Shown here one piece after another: positions 13,442 to 26,675 of a DNA stretch of 53,499 nucleotides. This DNA comes from Prorocentrum cordatum (lineage: Eukaryota), in assembly GCA_963575745.1 (NCBI GenBank), contig CAUYUJ010000310.1, positions 62,001 to 115,499 of the forward strand. Direction: 5' to 3'. Below the pieces are notes generated by a model. The model was given only the letters and a program-made list of their open reading frames with translations. It had not been told where the DNA came from and ran no database searches. A program made the position numbers and the translations under genes. How positions within the stretch are numbered: position 1 is the first letter of the stretch; each line of letters starts with the position of its first letter.

Positions 13442-13990
13442 TGAAAGAAAAGAGGATGATGTCATCATCCTCATCCCGAAGGCGTCCAGGACGGAGGGAA
13501 ATCCGTCCAGAATGGCCCGAGGCGGATCCAGAACGGAGGTCGAAAACTTGGCCTCGGATGTTTTGCCTCTGCCTCGGAAGCGTTGGGGGCCTCCAGGGCT
13601 CCCTCGTTCCCGCCCAAGCAAAATCAGCCAGCATCGAATCCGGACATCAGATCGAACCGTAATTTGCGTCTGATCGGGCTGCACCGGCGCGGAATCCACA
13701 CGAAATCGGGTCGGCGGCGCCAACATGCACAATAGCGACATGCGAACCTCGGGCCGCGTCGGATCGTCGGCAAATCGGGAACGAGTCGGATCGGGCCGGC
13801 CAGGCTCGATATGGAATCGGATCGGTCGGACCAGCATGGGCCCTGCAAAGTCTCCCCCGGTTTATTCCCGCGCCAGCGCAGGAATCGCCCCCGCACGATC
13901 GCGCCCGAGCAGGAGAGACGAGGAGGGGATTGGGAAGGAGGCGAAAGACGGGCATCTCGCCCGCGCGAAGCTCTTGCAAATCTTAAAGAC

Positions 13991-14122
13991 GAATGTGCGC
14001 GGCGGTCAGGCGAGAGCCACGTTTTGAAAACCACCCGCCCTCAATCCGCAAACTCTTAAACATGGTTAAACTGAATGTGCGCGGGGCTAAGGCGAGAGCC
14101 ACATTTTGAAAACCACCCGCCC
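13991..14122. repeat. Direct duplication of about 50 bp
   Basis: GAATGTGCGCGG..AGGCGAGAGCCAC.TTTTGAAAACCACCCGCCC at about 13991 and 14073. Confidence 0.85.
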
Positions 14123-14887
14123 CCATCTGTGAAACAGTTGCCATCTTTCAAACTTCAGGGTCATAAATGCTAAGGCAGCCTCAGGCGAAACGCCTAGCCC
14201 GCCCTTCCGACTGGCCTCGGGGTGCGACAGGGAAGAGTTGCTTATAAGGCAAAGCAATGGTGGATGAGGAGGAGGAGGAGGAGGAGGAGGAGGAGGGATG
14301 AGGCGAGAGGAAGGGCGGGAGGCACGAAGAAGTCCTCTGCGCGCCGCCTCCCCTGTACGACCGTCCCCGCCAGTGGTCCAGCGCCAGCGCTCCCGAGGAG
14401 CGAGAAGACCGCTTCGATTCAAACAGTTTGAAATAATCAGTCTAACACCTGGGAGCCCACAGAGAGTACAACCCGTGCACCCAGACCTCGGGGCGTCGCG
14501 AGAGAACACCACCACTGGCGCTTTCTACAATCACATTTGCCAGAAGACGGTGTGCTTCTTGCCAGCATCGGGCTCACCTTTCGTCCCTTGTGGGACTCCT
14601 TTGAGCCAAGCTGGCTGCTGAGGGTGCACATGCTAAACGGTGTGGGAGCATTGCCTCAAGACGAGCGCACCTGCGCTTTCGCGATCTCGGTCTGGGCCCC
14701 GTCCCCAAGGCCAACGAAACAACAATCCGCGACGAAAACACATCCTGATAATTATGTAGAGAATTGTGGGGCCCGCACCGCGGAAAGGAGTGGGAACCCT
14801 ACGCCCACCCGCAATCTCGGATAAGAAAAGTTGGGCCATCGTGCCGTAAGCACGGAGGGAGCAGGGAGAGAGGAACCATAATAAGAG

Positions 14888-14930
<43 letters not shown>

Positions 14931-16169
14931 AGGAGAAAGAAAGAGAGAGGATAATGGCTGACTGTTTTTTGCCGACATGTCCATGCCTACCCGCGGAAAT
15001 CCATCCTCCCCAATACAGTGGAGCAGCGATCAGGTATTCGAGCCGCGCCTAGCCGAGGCTGCGAGGGTGCGCCCCGAGGCCCAAGAGATGACAAGACTCA
15101 TCCGATGTTGCGGCGCCGCTGCCGCGCCGAGGCGGCGCGAACCTGCCGCGGGTGTACCTCTTTGCGCTCCCGAGATTCAAATGAGTGGGCGAGCAGCAGC
15201 GGTAAATCCGCCGTCCTCCGCGGCCCACGTGGGCGGGGGTGCAAACAGGCGGTCCGAGACGCCTTGGCGGGCGTTGCAAGGCCAAGAGGGAGCGGGCAGG
15301 AAATGGCTGAAGGCAGCAGCACGGAGCGCCCCCCTCCATCTCTCTCGTCCTTTCTCCTTCCCCGAATTCTGCCTCCCACCTCCTTCCCCCCTCCCTTCTC
15401 CCTCCTTCCCTCCCTCCCCCCTCCTCCCTTACCCCATGCCCCCCCTTCTCTATGTCCTCCTCCTTCTGCACCTCCTCCGAAGCGGAGGAAAAGGAGAAGG
15501 AGGAAACAGAGGACGACGACGAGGGCGCCGACGTTTCACTTGCACCCGCCCGAAGCGTCAGCGTCGTCAGGAAGAACATGAGGACGATGACAACGACGAG
15601 CGAAGAACTTTTGGAAAGTCTTCTGCCTTGTCTGGTCTTTTCGGGCCTCGCTCTGCCTGCTCGAAAAACGCACGCACAATCAAAATCCAATCGGTCCCTA
15701 TGGCCCTGCCACGGCTAAGAACTTAGAATCCCATTGCCCTGCCGCACGTTCGTAACGTGGGCAAGCTGAACTGGTGAGAATCCCACAGCCCTGCCACGCG
15801 CTCGTGATTGCGGAAGCTGGTGTGGTGAGACCACCATGGCCATGCTCAGCGTTTTTGATGCTGTTGCTAGTCAACATGAGATGATAGCAGCTTCGACTCG
15901 CAACTTTCCCCGTGGATGAGAAAGTTCGGCCTCCGCGTCCCCCTCCACAATTGAATCCTGCTGGACGGGGATCTAAAACATAAGAGGGGTGAAGGGGGGG
16001 TATACTTTATTTAATCGCTTCGCTCATTCCGCCGGCCCTGGAGCGCTATTTGGGGCCTCTTGGGGCCGTCTTGGGGGCCTCTTGGGGGCTTCTTGGGAGC
16101 GTCTTGGGGCTCCTTGGCGGCGTCGTGAAGGGGGGGGGGAGTATACTTTACTATGGCCCGCACGCGGTT

Positions 16170-16472
16170 CCTACCGAAGATCCAAGATCGAGGGAGGGGC
16201 GAGGACCGAGGACCGAGAGTCGAGTAGCGAGGATCGAGGACCGAACTTCGAAGTCCGTGGGTCGAGGGCCGAGATCATCCGAGGACCGAGGGTCCAGGAT
16301 CGAGGTTGGAGGATCGAGGACTGAGGGCCGAGGGAAGTGGGCCGAGGACCGAAGATCGAGAGCCGAAGACCGAGCATCGAGGACCACGGATCGAGGTTCG
16401 AAGATCGAGGTGCGAGGACCAAAGATGGAGGATCGAGAATCGAGGGTCCAGGCGCGAGAGTGGAAGGTCGAT
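16170..16472. repeat. Degenerate 7-bp tandem repeat (GAGGATC/GAGGACC)
   Basis: Visible periodic CGAGGA(T/C) units. Confidence 0.85.
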
Positions 16473-17989
16473 GACTGACGGAGTGAGACCCCCCCCGCCA
16501 AACGCGTTCGGTGCAGGTCACGCGAGAATGCCCGCGATGAGGCCAGAACGGACGCGGCCGGAAACAGGCGCGGTGCAACGGGCGTCGCCAGAACACGCGT
16601 GGCCCCCCCCCTTTCGCAGACGAGTTCGGGACAGGTCTAGCGGGGATCCGTGGGGCGAGTTCGGAACGGACGCGGCTGGAACCGACGGCCAGGACAGGCC
16701 CTCTTGGGGCTCCGGGAATCCGACAAGCCGTCGAGGGGACCCCAATAAGGCTTGTAGACATGGCATCTGGGGCGTTGGGAACCAGGCAAAGACAACCACC
16801 CCATGTGCCAAACCTATGGGCCCTCTTGAGAGGTGCAGTCTTGTTTTTTTTTGGACTTCCAGAGGGCCCCGGGAATGCGTCCAGGTGGCCCAAAGGGGCC
16901 CCAGGGGGAGATAGAACTCGGGGCCTTGAGTTATATTCGCCTCTGAGGTCCAGCTGGGGTCCTCTAGGGGTCCTCTTGGAGACCTCTTGGAGCTCCCCTG
17001 GGCCCTGCTTGGAGCTCTTTCTCGCTCTCTGTCTCTCTCTCTCTCTCTCTCTCGCCCGTCGCTCCTGCCGTTCCCTATTGTAACCTGTCTGTAATTGTTT
17101 GGGCTCTGGCTCGCTAGTGTCGCCCAATTACTCAAATCATTTAGCGAGGGCCTCGTTGCAGAGCCGTGTGGCGTATAATTTTCTAGCATCTTAGCCGAGA
17201 AAGGAATCCTCAGCCTCCTCCTCCTCCGCCTTCTCCCTCCCCCCCCGCGGCATGGGTTGCGGGCGGGTCGCGGGGCTTGGCCCCGGCGGGCCGCAGGGTG
17301 GGCCGCGGCATCCGATCAAAATTTGCGGTCGGGACATCGTCGAACAAAATGCTTGATTGCCGAGCGTTGTTCTTGATCGTCGACCAAAAAATTGTCGCAA
17401 TCACGAGGAGCGATCGCGATCGCGGCTCAGTGATCGGCGGATTCTCGGGGAAAGCGATGCCAGACATCATCTTCAGACTCCTAGGCTGGGCAACGTAGGC
17501 GATGTTGAAACCATTTCCACAAGTATAATTTTGATGAAGACGCCGCTCATTGCCGCGCTCACCCAATCCTGGCTCCGATCCTCGTTTCCGGCCCCGGCCC
17601 CGGCCCCGACCGCAGGTGGGCCCAACCCCGGCCCCGGCCCCAGTCCAGCCGCAGCCCCGGTTCCGGCGCCAGCCTCGGCTCTGGCTGGGCCCCGGCCCTG
17701 GTCCAACTTCTGGCCCCCGGCCCTGGCTCCGGCTCCGGTCCCGGTTCCAGCCCCGGCCCCAGCGCGCGGCCCTGGCCCTGGGCGGGCTCGCCTTGAGACT
17801 CCAAGATCGATCTATAGTTCGGAAGCTATCTAAAGTGCGTTTAACGTAATTTTCCTCGGAGCGATCTTTCTCGTGGGCAGGCGAAAAACAGTTCGATCCG
17901 AGGTTTTCCCATAAAAATGGCTTGGCGCCCAAACTGGGAGGGGTCACGTCCTTTGCCGACAGCGACGAATGGCAATGATGACGCCGCAG

Positions 17990-20160
17990 CGTTCCTCTGA
18001 AGGCATGCGCGCGATCGGCTAGCAGGAGAACTTGGCGATGCATGCCGATGAGAAAACCTCCGCTGGTCTCTTTTGGCCCCTCCTTTGGCGAAATGCAGCT
18101 GCAGATCCAGCGAAATCCTCGCCCCTGTAATTCCATTTTTTCGCCGGCGCGCCGCCTTCCATGCAGAGCTCCAGAAACGTGTGCATTTCAGGCTTGAGTC
18201 TGAAGTGCGCGGGGGGCACGTCTTCCGAAGGGGCCATCTGCGCGGCGCGCTTTATTGCGTGCTCGCGAAGAATATCCACGAACGGGTGGTTGTCAGACAG
18301 CGCGGCGCAACGCCGACTTGAGCATTTCATCCCAGCGTGAAAGGGCGATTCTACAGCGGCCCGCTGGTCGGCGCCATCCCGGTGATCAAGGAATGCGCCC
18401 GCAATCTCCACCACCCATTGGGCCATGTGCCTGAGCATCCCCGCGCCGCACCTCATCTTAGCCGTCTTCGCCTCCTGCCGTTTCGCGACGCCCCGCGTCA
18501 GTTTCGGTGAGCGGCTGGTCTTCTCACCTGGCGGCTGCCTGTCGAAGAGCGCCATCAAATGGCGATGCGGCGTTAGCACGCAGGCTTTCTGGTTGGCTCC
18601 AGCGACCTTTCTGTGCATTGCGAGGTACCAGACCAAACCGCCGATGAAGTCAGCCGCCGCCCCGTGGTCAACGACGCGCAGCCGCGCTAACTGCCGCGAC
18701 TTCTCGTTTGCATTCCGCGCTTGAAACAGAGGGCGCGCAGTCTCGCCTGAAGCGGTGATCTTTCCAATGGTTTCTGGCCGTGTGCGGCGGTGCGTTCTCC
18801 GCGGCGCGTCTCTCCCAGTCTGCGATTTCACCTGGGGGGGGGCTTCTGAAAACGATGGGGCGCCTCTTCCTCCTCCTCCTCTCCCGCCTCCGCCCCCCCC
18901 TCCTCCTCCTCCGCCTCCGCCTCCTCCTCCTCCTCCTCCTCCTCCCCTCCCTCCCTCCCTCCCTCCCTCCCTCCCTCCCTCCCCTCCTCCTCCTCCTCCT
19001 CCTCCTCCTCCTCCTCCTCCTCCTCCTCCTCCTCCTCTTCTCCTCCGCTCCTGCCTCCTGCCTCCCGCCTCCTTCTCCTCCTCCTCTTCGCCCCCCCCCC
19101 CCCCCCCCCCCCCCCCTTCCCGCCTTCCTCCTCCTCATGACCTCTCGCCCTATGCCTTCCTCCCCTTTCCCCTCTCCTCCTTCTCCCGCCCGTCGCCCTG
19201 CGGCGGGGGCCGCGATCGATGATCCCCCTCCGAGAAGGGGGCGCTGCGTTCCAGAGGGGATTTTCACCGGTAAATTTCCATGATGGTTTGGGCGCCGCGG
19301 CCTCGAACTCCTCAATGTTGCGCAGTCGGCGCGCCTCGTCGCCCTGCCGGCCAGGTAGCTTGAGCGCCTCCTTCATCGTCTTCCAGCCCCTTTTGATCTG
19401 GCGAAGCGCTCAGCCGATCGGTTCAGCTGCCGGTTGGCGCTTCCCCCGGGCGTCTGTCGCGCCGAAAGGGGAGGCGTCGTGCCGCGCCGTTGGCCAGCGC
19501 GTCGCAGCCACTTGAATGGAGCTCCACTGCGTCACGGCAAAGATGCCATCAAAAATGTGGGGGCCAACGTGCTCTTTGAGGAACGCAGTGAGTGGTGCCC
19601 GCGTGTTTTCCAGCCTCCTGCAGCCCCGGGCAGCATGGCGCCGATGATTTCGGCGCTCGTGGATCGGCCCCCAGAAGCGAAGGGCTCCGTCTGCCGCGCG
19701 CCCAGGGCCACCAAGTCGTCGCAAACCGCTCTCAGTGACTCAGCTCTCGCTTTCTGCGCGTGGCGCAAAGACGCGCCGTCGAGACTCGACGTCTCCGGAA
19801 GCGCGCTCCGATCACCAGAATGATGAAGCTCACGAAGGATCTCGCGTGGAAGCATCATCGCTAGATCCATCGGCTGTTATGTTTCGTACTTGGGGCCCCA
19901 GCCCCTTGCCTGGCAGCGATGAAGCGGGGGCCGCCCCTCCTGGAGGAATTGGCGCCAGAACTTCCTGGCGGCGTTTTTTCATGCTCGACGTGGTTTCAGA
20001 GGTCTGCAGGTCGGCAACGCCCGTCGCAGACGCGGAGACGGCGTCATTGATCAACTGAGCACCGCGCTGCCCGCTGACCGCGTTGCTGCTGATCAGGTCC
20101 TCCACGTTCGCTCTCAGCCGCGTCTGCGGTGGCAATTGAAGCCTGTCATGGCCTGTCATA
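17990..20160 (-). pseudogene. Decayed DNA-transposase-like gene (tentatively Plavaka/CACTA-like), split by a low-complexity tract
   Basis: Protein-like fragments in shifting frames: RLRANVEDLISSNAVSGQR, FDGIFAVTQWS..RWPTARHDASPF, VVDHGAAADFIGG, FRLKPEMHTFLELC..WNYRGEDFAG. The family is assigned from recalled motifs only. Confidence 0.45.
18864..19135. repeat. (CCT)n/(CCCT)n/poly-C low-complexity tract
   Basis: Directly visible. Confidence 0.95.
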
Positions 20161-20690
20161 TGGCAACGTGCGCATGGGAAGCATGCCGATGGCGCCCCCT
20201 CCCCGCGGGGGACGGGCGCGAGCGCGGATGCCTCGAGCCAGCGCTATGGAAACGAACGACTGAGGCATGACAGCATTTCTCTCAGCCGCGCCCCTCCTGG
20301 AGGGGATCCTTCAATCCCATGGTTCGCCCCAGCCCTTCCGCCTCCCCCTGCCCCTCCAATCCCCCCCCGCCTGTCCAGAGCCCGCCCCCCTGTCCTGCAG
20401 TATCCTCCGTCACTCTAACTTTGGCCAATGATATCCGAGCCTCATGCCCCCCGCGGCGAGTTTTCCAATGTTTTCCTCTCGCGCGTCTGCGCGTGTAAAT
20501 TGGGGGGGGGGGGGGTGGGTGCGCGTGGCCCCTCGCGGAGGGGACCTCTTTCCAGAAGAACTGGTGCGCTGCCTTATCTGCGTGGCGACGTCACCTAGGC
20601 TGCGCTGCGCTCTCGTTGTCGGACGAGGTAGTACTTCCCACCCTACTGTAGATATGTATGTATATATGAATATGCACTGAGGTCCACAGC

Positions 20691-21902
20691 TCAGTTGAGG
20701 AACTTCTTGAAGCGCTTGAGCGACATCTGAGTGCCCTCGTGCGCGTGCTCCATCGTGCTGCGGGCGGCAACGACCTCGACCTTCAGCTTCGCGTGCATCT
20801 CCGTATCCTTGCCGACAGAAGCTGTGATATCAATTTTGGCCATGGGGATCTCCATTTTCGTCTCGTGCTGGTCCGCGTTCTCCGCGCAGTTTCTGCGTTC
20901 GTTCGCCCAGTTATCGAAGCTCTGCTTGTCCTTCTGCTCCTCGTCCGCGGCCTTCGCGAGCACCTGATTCTTCGTGTATTTCAAATCCTTGAGCTGCTTC
21001 TGGTACTTGGCGAGCGTTGACCTCGGCAGGGGGCGTAGGCGCGAAATCCGCATTTGCAAACAAAAAACAACGCAGCGGGCGATCCCCTCCAGGAGGCGCA
21101 TCAGCCGAGGCGACGGAGATGGCCCCCCTTGTCTGTGGGGGGTCTCGCGGAACAGAAGCGGCGGAAGCGCGGGGGGGGCGGCTGCCGTCGCCCGCGATCT
21201 CTGGCCAGCGCGGGTTCTCGACCTTCACCTCGCCAGCCGCTGCCCCAGAGGAGCTGGGCCGGGCCATCGTGGCGCCCGCGGGTTCGAGCTGCTTCGTGCT
21301 CTCCAGTATGGATGTTCCCTTGGAGGTGCGCGAATCCTTCGTCTCGAGCTTGTCATCGTCCATGTGGCGCACCACGAAGTACCATTGTTTCCAAAGGGGC
21401 CGATTATCTTCATCTTCGTATGCGGGATATTTCTCTGCGACCCCATGATCTCCGCTGTTCTCCTCCCGCCAGTCCTGCGCGAGCGCCGTGGCTCGATGTC
21501 GCCGAAGTCTTTGATGGCGAGGCAGTTCAGGGCCACTGCCTGCGATGCGTTCTGGCGCCCCCTCTTGCCGGGGCGGACGTGCACATCCTCCTCGTTCGTG
21601 GCGAGGGTGGCCAGCCAGTCCAGCGTCGCGTCCTTCTCAATCGCGATGGTCTGCAATAAGCGCTTCCGATCGTCTGGGTATTTCATCCCGTTCCACATGG
21701 CCTGGGCTGCTCTGGCTGACTCTGCTGTGGGCGTAGCTCTGCCGTGGGCGCCCCTCCCCTCGGACTGGTGGCGGAGCCGCGCCCTCATTTTGTCGGCCTC
21801 CTGCTTGTCGAGCCCCTGGCCCGTCGGAGCTGCCTTCGACTTTTTCGCCGCTGCGGAGCCTGGCTGGTCATCGGACTTCTTCTTCGGGGCCGTGCCGCGC
21901 AA
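20691..21902 (-). pseudogene. Decayed charged/coiled-coil ORF upstream of the transposase relic (possible accessory gene)
   Basis: Fragments DKQEADKMRARLRHQ..RKRLLQTIAIEKDATLDWLATL and LAKYQKQLKDLKYTKNQVLAK, on the same strand as the transposase relic. Confidence 0.35.
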
Positions 21903-23957
21903 CTACGCGAGGACGCTGCTCATCAGGGGCATAGGAGCGACGCTTGCAGCGCCGCCCACGGCTGCCGCGGAAGCGAACCCTGCACATGCAACTCGGATGC
22001 CCTGACGCCGCAACAGCTGCGAATGAATGGTAAGTCGATCGTCGCGGTCGTCGGCGTAGTCGCGGCCTCCCCTTCATTAAGGGTTCGCTTCTTTCCCTTC
22101 CGAAGGGTTCGGCGCCCTCGCCGTCGCCCCCCCCCCCCCCCCCCTCCTAGAGGGGTTCGCTTCCTCGCTGGCGGAGGCGGGCCCCCTCATTGAAGGGCAG
22201 CGTGCTCCCTCGACGGCCCCCCCCCCCTCGCCCCCCCCTCGGAGGGGGTGCCCCCCCTCGGCGAGGAGCCCGTCGTGGCCGCCTCATGCATGTCCTCTTT
22301 CATAGAGGTGCACCTCGCCCCTCAGCAAGGGCCCCGGGCCCCGCTGCGAGCGCATCATATGAGTGAGATTCTCCTAAGAGAGCTCTCTTCAAATAATTCT
22401 CTTATGTAAATCGTTGGTTTCGCCTGAGACATCCCCGCAATTCTCCTGAGAGAACTCTCCCAGGAAAGTTCTTTTAAGAAAATCTCTCCTGAAGCGAAGC
22501 GCTGCTGTGCGCGGGCGTCGGCGCCGTCGCCGACGCGGTTGCCCCGCGGTCCGGGGCTCGCCGTCCAGGGGCGGATGGGGAAGCAGGTGGTGGAGATCGA
22601 ACGCCCCCACCCTGGGTTGCAAGTGCGTGGTCAGTAAACCTCCAGGGAGCTCCCGCAGGCCAGAGAGCCGCCTGGGCGCCGCGCAGCACGCGCGACGCGC
22701 AAGGTTTACGGTGTCCGCCCACAGGGGGCTCAGCACAAGGCGCCTAAATCAGGGTAGGGGCGTTGTTTAAACGCCTTTGAAGAGACGCAATGGGGAGGGG
22801 CAACAGCAGGAATACTTGCGATGGAGGAGTTGGCGACGAGCAGGGGCAGGGGGATGGGGCGACGAGGAGGATGGGGGTGACCGGTCCTCGCCCCTCTTCT
22901 GTCCCTTTTTCTGTCGCTTCGCTCCCGAGCCCTTGTCATTGTCTTTGTCCTTGTCACCCCTGCGCGCGTTGTTGGGTCTGGTTATCTCATCTTTTTTTTT
23001 TTTTGTGCGGCTGTCGTTGTTTATACATATATACTATATGTTACGTATTCTGAATCCCTTCTGTTTCTTCATGTCGTTCTCTGTGGGCTCCGCCTCTGCA
23101 GCGCCCGCCCCTGCTTTTCGTTTTCTCTCCTCCTCTGTCGCTTCTTTCCTCCGCTGCTCTTCCTCAGCTGCTCGTTCCTCCGCTTGTTGCTGCTGCTGCG
23201 TCGGCCGCCTGCAGCCCCCTCCTCTGCTGCGCCTCGGCGGCCTCGGTCGCCCTCCCCTGCTCCGCCAGGCGGGCCTCAGCCTCCTGTCACAGCGTGGCGT
23301 CGCGTTGTTGTTGGGCCCGCCTCTCGCGAGCTATCACTTCCTGTGCCCTGCGCTCCTGGATCTGCCGGAAGCATGCCTCATGGTCCTGGGGCCGTTTTGC
23401 TGCGGCCTCCGCGGCATTTAATCGGTGATGCAGCTTGCGTCTGTGTCTGTCTAGCTCTTCTGTCAGCCTTTGCGTCTCGTTCATGCGCTCCTCTTCCGTG
23501 TCCGCGCCCCCTTCCATCGCTGCCCCCCCCCCTTCGAGGGGTTCGTCTTCCTCAGTGTCGGAGGAGCCGACGTGTTCGACCGTCTCTCCCTGTGCTGCTT
23601 CTGGTGCGTCTGCTGCTGCTGCTGCTGCTGCTGCGGGTGGTTCCGCTGCCGCGGGTCGCCGTGCTGCGGGCGGCGCGGCTGCGCCTGCAGCTGCGTCGGC
23701 TGCTCTTGCCGCCGGTGCGGCGGGTGGAGGGCCTGGCGGTGGCCTTGGCCGCCTTGGCGGCGGAGGCTGCGTTTCTCCTGCGGCGGCGCCTCCTATCCCC
23801 ACGGGGGTCGCGCGAAGTTCCCCCCGCGAGAGGGGCGTCTCGTTGCGTTTGCCCCACCGCCCCACCCCTCCACGAGAGGGGCTTCGTCCGCGCGTTTGTC
23901 CCCTATATTATTATTATTATTTGTGTTTCTCTTCTTCTTCTTCTTTTTTTTTTCTCT

Positions 23958-24970
23958 CCCCCAAAACCATCCTGTGGTGATGGGTCCTCGTTTCGAAGAG
24001 ACGGTGGCCCGCGTCTCCTCTCCCCCTCCTGCTCTCCTCCTCCTCCTCCTCCTCCTCCTCCTCCTCCTCCTCTCCTCTCCCCGCCCCCCCCTCCTCCTCC
24101 CACTCCTCCCTCCTCCCCCTCTTCCTTGCGTTTCACCAGGCCAGTGCAGCGTTTCGTAGCCCCATCGGGAGCTCCACCGACGGCGCCAGCGGCAGGGTTC
24201 GCATGGCGGCCCTGGGCCATTTCGGCACACCCCTCACGAGGATCGTTGCCCCATGGGGAGCTCCACCGAAGGCCCCAGTGGCAGCGTTCGCATGGCGGCC
24301 TCGGGGCATTTCGGCACACCCCTTACGAGTTTCGTGGCGCCATAGATGAGCTCCACCGAAGGCGCCAGTGGCAGCGTTCGCATGGCGGCCTCGGGCATTT
24401 CGGCACACCCTCACGAGGATCGTGGCCCCATAGGGAGCTCCACCGAAGGCGCCAGTGGCAGCGTTCGCATGGCGGCCTCGGGCCATTTCGGCACACCCCT
24501 CACGAGGATCGTGGCCCCATAGGGAGCTCCACCGAAGGCGCCAGTGGCAGCGTTCGCATGGCGGCCTCGGGCCATTTCGGCACACCCCTCACGAGGATCG
24601 TGGCCCCATGGGGCGCTCCACCGAAGGCCCCAGTGGCAGCGTTCGCATGGCGGCCTCGGGGCATTTCGGCACACCCCTCACGAGGATCGTGGCCCCATAG
24701 GGAGCTCCACCGAAGGCCCCAGTGGCAGCGTTCGCATGGCGGCCTCGGGCCATTTCGGCACACCCCTTACGAGGATCGTGGCGCCTATAGGACAGGGGCT
24801 TCGCCGAGGGCGCCAGTGGCAGGGTTCGCATGGCGGCCTCGGGCCATGTCGGCACACCCCTCACGAGGATCGTGGCCCCATAGGAGCTCCAGCGAAGGCG
24901 CCAGTGGCAAGGTTCGCACGGCGGCCTCGGGCCATTGCGGCACACCCCTCGCGAGGATCGCGGCCCCATA
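23958..24970 (+). repeat. Composite repeat A: conserved head, (CCT)n, then about nine 89-bp tandem units
   Basis: Unit CGTGGCCCCATAGGGAGCTCCACCGAAGGCGCCAGTGGCAGCGTTCGCATGGCGGCCTCGGGCCATTTCGGCACACCCCTCACGAGGAT (89 bp). The head is shared with 30730-30784. Confidence 0.92.
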
Positions 24971-25199
24971 GATGCGTTGCCTCAACAGCCGCGCCCTGGC
25001 GTCGTACTCCGCCGTGCCGAAATGCAACGCCACCTCCTCCCTCATGGCTCTCAAAGCCCTCTTCTGCTTATTTGCTCCTCGGTCAGAGGGGCGCCGTCCG
25101 TGTCGTCGTCGGCGCCCGCGAAGACGGCCGCGAACGTGTTCCTGAGCATGTCGGGCTCCGGCGTGAAGCTGTGGCTGCATAGGGGGCGCGGGCAAAGAT

Positions 25200-25253
25200 G
25201 GTATTCACAATTGCGGTATTCGCAACTGCATATGGTTGGGCCCTTCGCCGGGC

Positions 25254-25291
<38 letters not shown>
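25200..25291 (+). repeat. Short dispersed repeat followed by poly-T (second copy at 33001-33062)
   Basis: TCACAATTGCGG(T/C)ATTC(G/A)CAACTGCATATGGTTGGG(C/T)C(C/T)TTCGCC then a T-run and a G-run in both copies. Confidence 0.85.
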
Positions 25292-25292
<1 letters not shown>

Positions 25293-26194
25293 TGGGGGGG
25301 TGGCGGCGCCTTCTCGTCCGCGGGGGGGGGGGGGGCGGTCCGTCGGCACCTCCGGCAGCGCGCCCTCTCCGCGATCGCATCTGCGCTGCTGGTGCCTTCC
25401 AGGCGCAGGAAATTGACCGAGACAAAACCGGGGGGCATCGAAGCATCACATCAACAAAAAAACAGCCCCCTATGCTGAAGGGGTCATCTAACCCCCCCAT
25501 TCTTGGGGTAACTTTCACTCGTGCGTTGCCTCGCTCGGTCCACCTCGCTTCTGCCTCCTCGCCATCTCCGGCCGTTCCTGTCCTCGTTGCCACGCCCGTG
25601 GAACCATTCGGTGGCGGGGTGCTCTTGGCAGCTGCGAGACGCGCGTGCTTGGAAGTGTGATCGTTGCCCGAGCTGCCAGCGCTGGCGGCGGCTATTCTTC
25701 CTCAGCCGCAGCCTGTGAGCGCTCGGCTTGCATTTCCGCCGCCGCACTTTCGCGTCCTTTTCGAACTCCCCCTTCTCAGAATCGGCGCCGTCAAAATCAA
25801 GCGAGTGGCCGTCCTCCTGGGATGTGGGCATCGAAGCATCAGATGCAAAGGCGCCGATGAAACCGCCCCTCTGGCAGGGGTCTGCGCATGGATCCCCATC
25901 GCGAAAAGGCGCCTCAGACAGCTCGCCTCCCCCCGCTTACTCCTTGCCCGTGTCCTCGCGCGGCCGCTCGCCGCCGCCGCCTCCGCCGTCGTCTGGGGGC
26001 TGTCCGCCGGGCGCCGCCGCGTGCGTGGCCGCAGCCTGGGAGTCGAGAGTAATTGCGGCTCCGAATGAGCCTTGCCCCCTTTCCTGCCTCTGTTCATGCC
26101 GCCCCCCCCTCTGCCCTTCCTCGTCCGGTCTCAACTGCCCCTCCGCCGGCCGCGACTTCGGCCCCCAGTCCCGGCTCTCGGCCCCAGTCCGGGC

Positions 26195-26675
26195 CTCCCC
26201 CTTCCCCTCCTCCTCCTCTTCCTCCTTCTTCGTCCTCCTCCTGGGCTTCCTCCTCCCCCTCCTCCTCCCCCTCCTCCTCCTCCTCCTGCTCCTCCTCCTC
26301 CTCTGATTATCATTCTTCTTTCTCCTCCTCCTATTCTCCTCCCCCTCCGCCTCCTCTTGCTCCTCCTCCTCCTCTTCTTCCTCGTCCTCCTCCCCCCCCC
26401 CTCCTCCCCCCTCCTCCCCTTCCCCCTCCTCCTCCCCCCACCTCCTTCTCAACCTCCTTCCTTCTCCTCCTCCTCCTTCCACCTCCTCCTCCTCCGCCTC
26501 CTCTTCCTCCCCCCCCCCCCCCTCCTCTTCCCCCCCTCCTCCTCCTCCTCTTCCTCCTCCTCCTCCCTCCGCCTCTCTCCTCCTTCTCCTATTCCTCCCC
26601 CTCCTCCTTCTCCTCCTCCTCCTCCCCCCCCGCCCCCCCCCCCCCCCTCCGCCCCCCCCCGCCCCCCCCTCCTCC
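26195..26675. repeat. (CCT)n / poly-C low-complexity tract
   Basis: Directly visible. Confidence 0.95.

Noticed and set aside
18668..19376. Poly-Pro/Glu/Arg ORFs here and at 13104-13837, 23184-24971, 25937-27400 and 52550-53404
   Set aside because: They are open only because of microsatellites, tandem repeats or extreme GC content, and carry no domain signal.
24141..24970. 89-bp arrays (also 30860-31678) as CRISPR arrays
   Set aside because: The units are head-to-tail with no unique spacers, there are no cas genes, and the context is eukaryotic.
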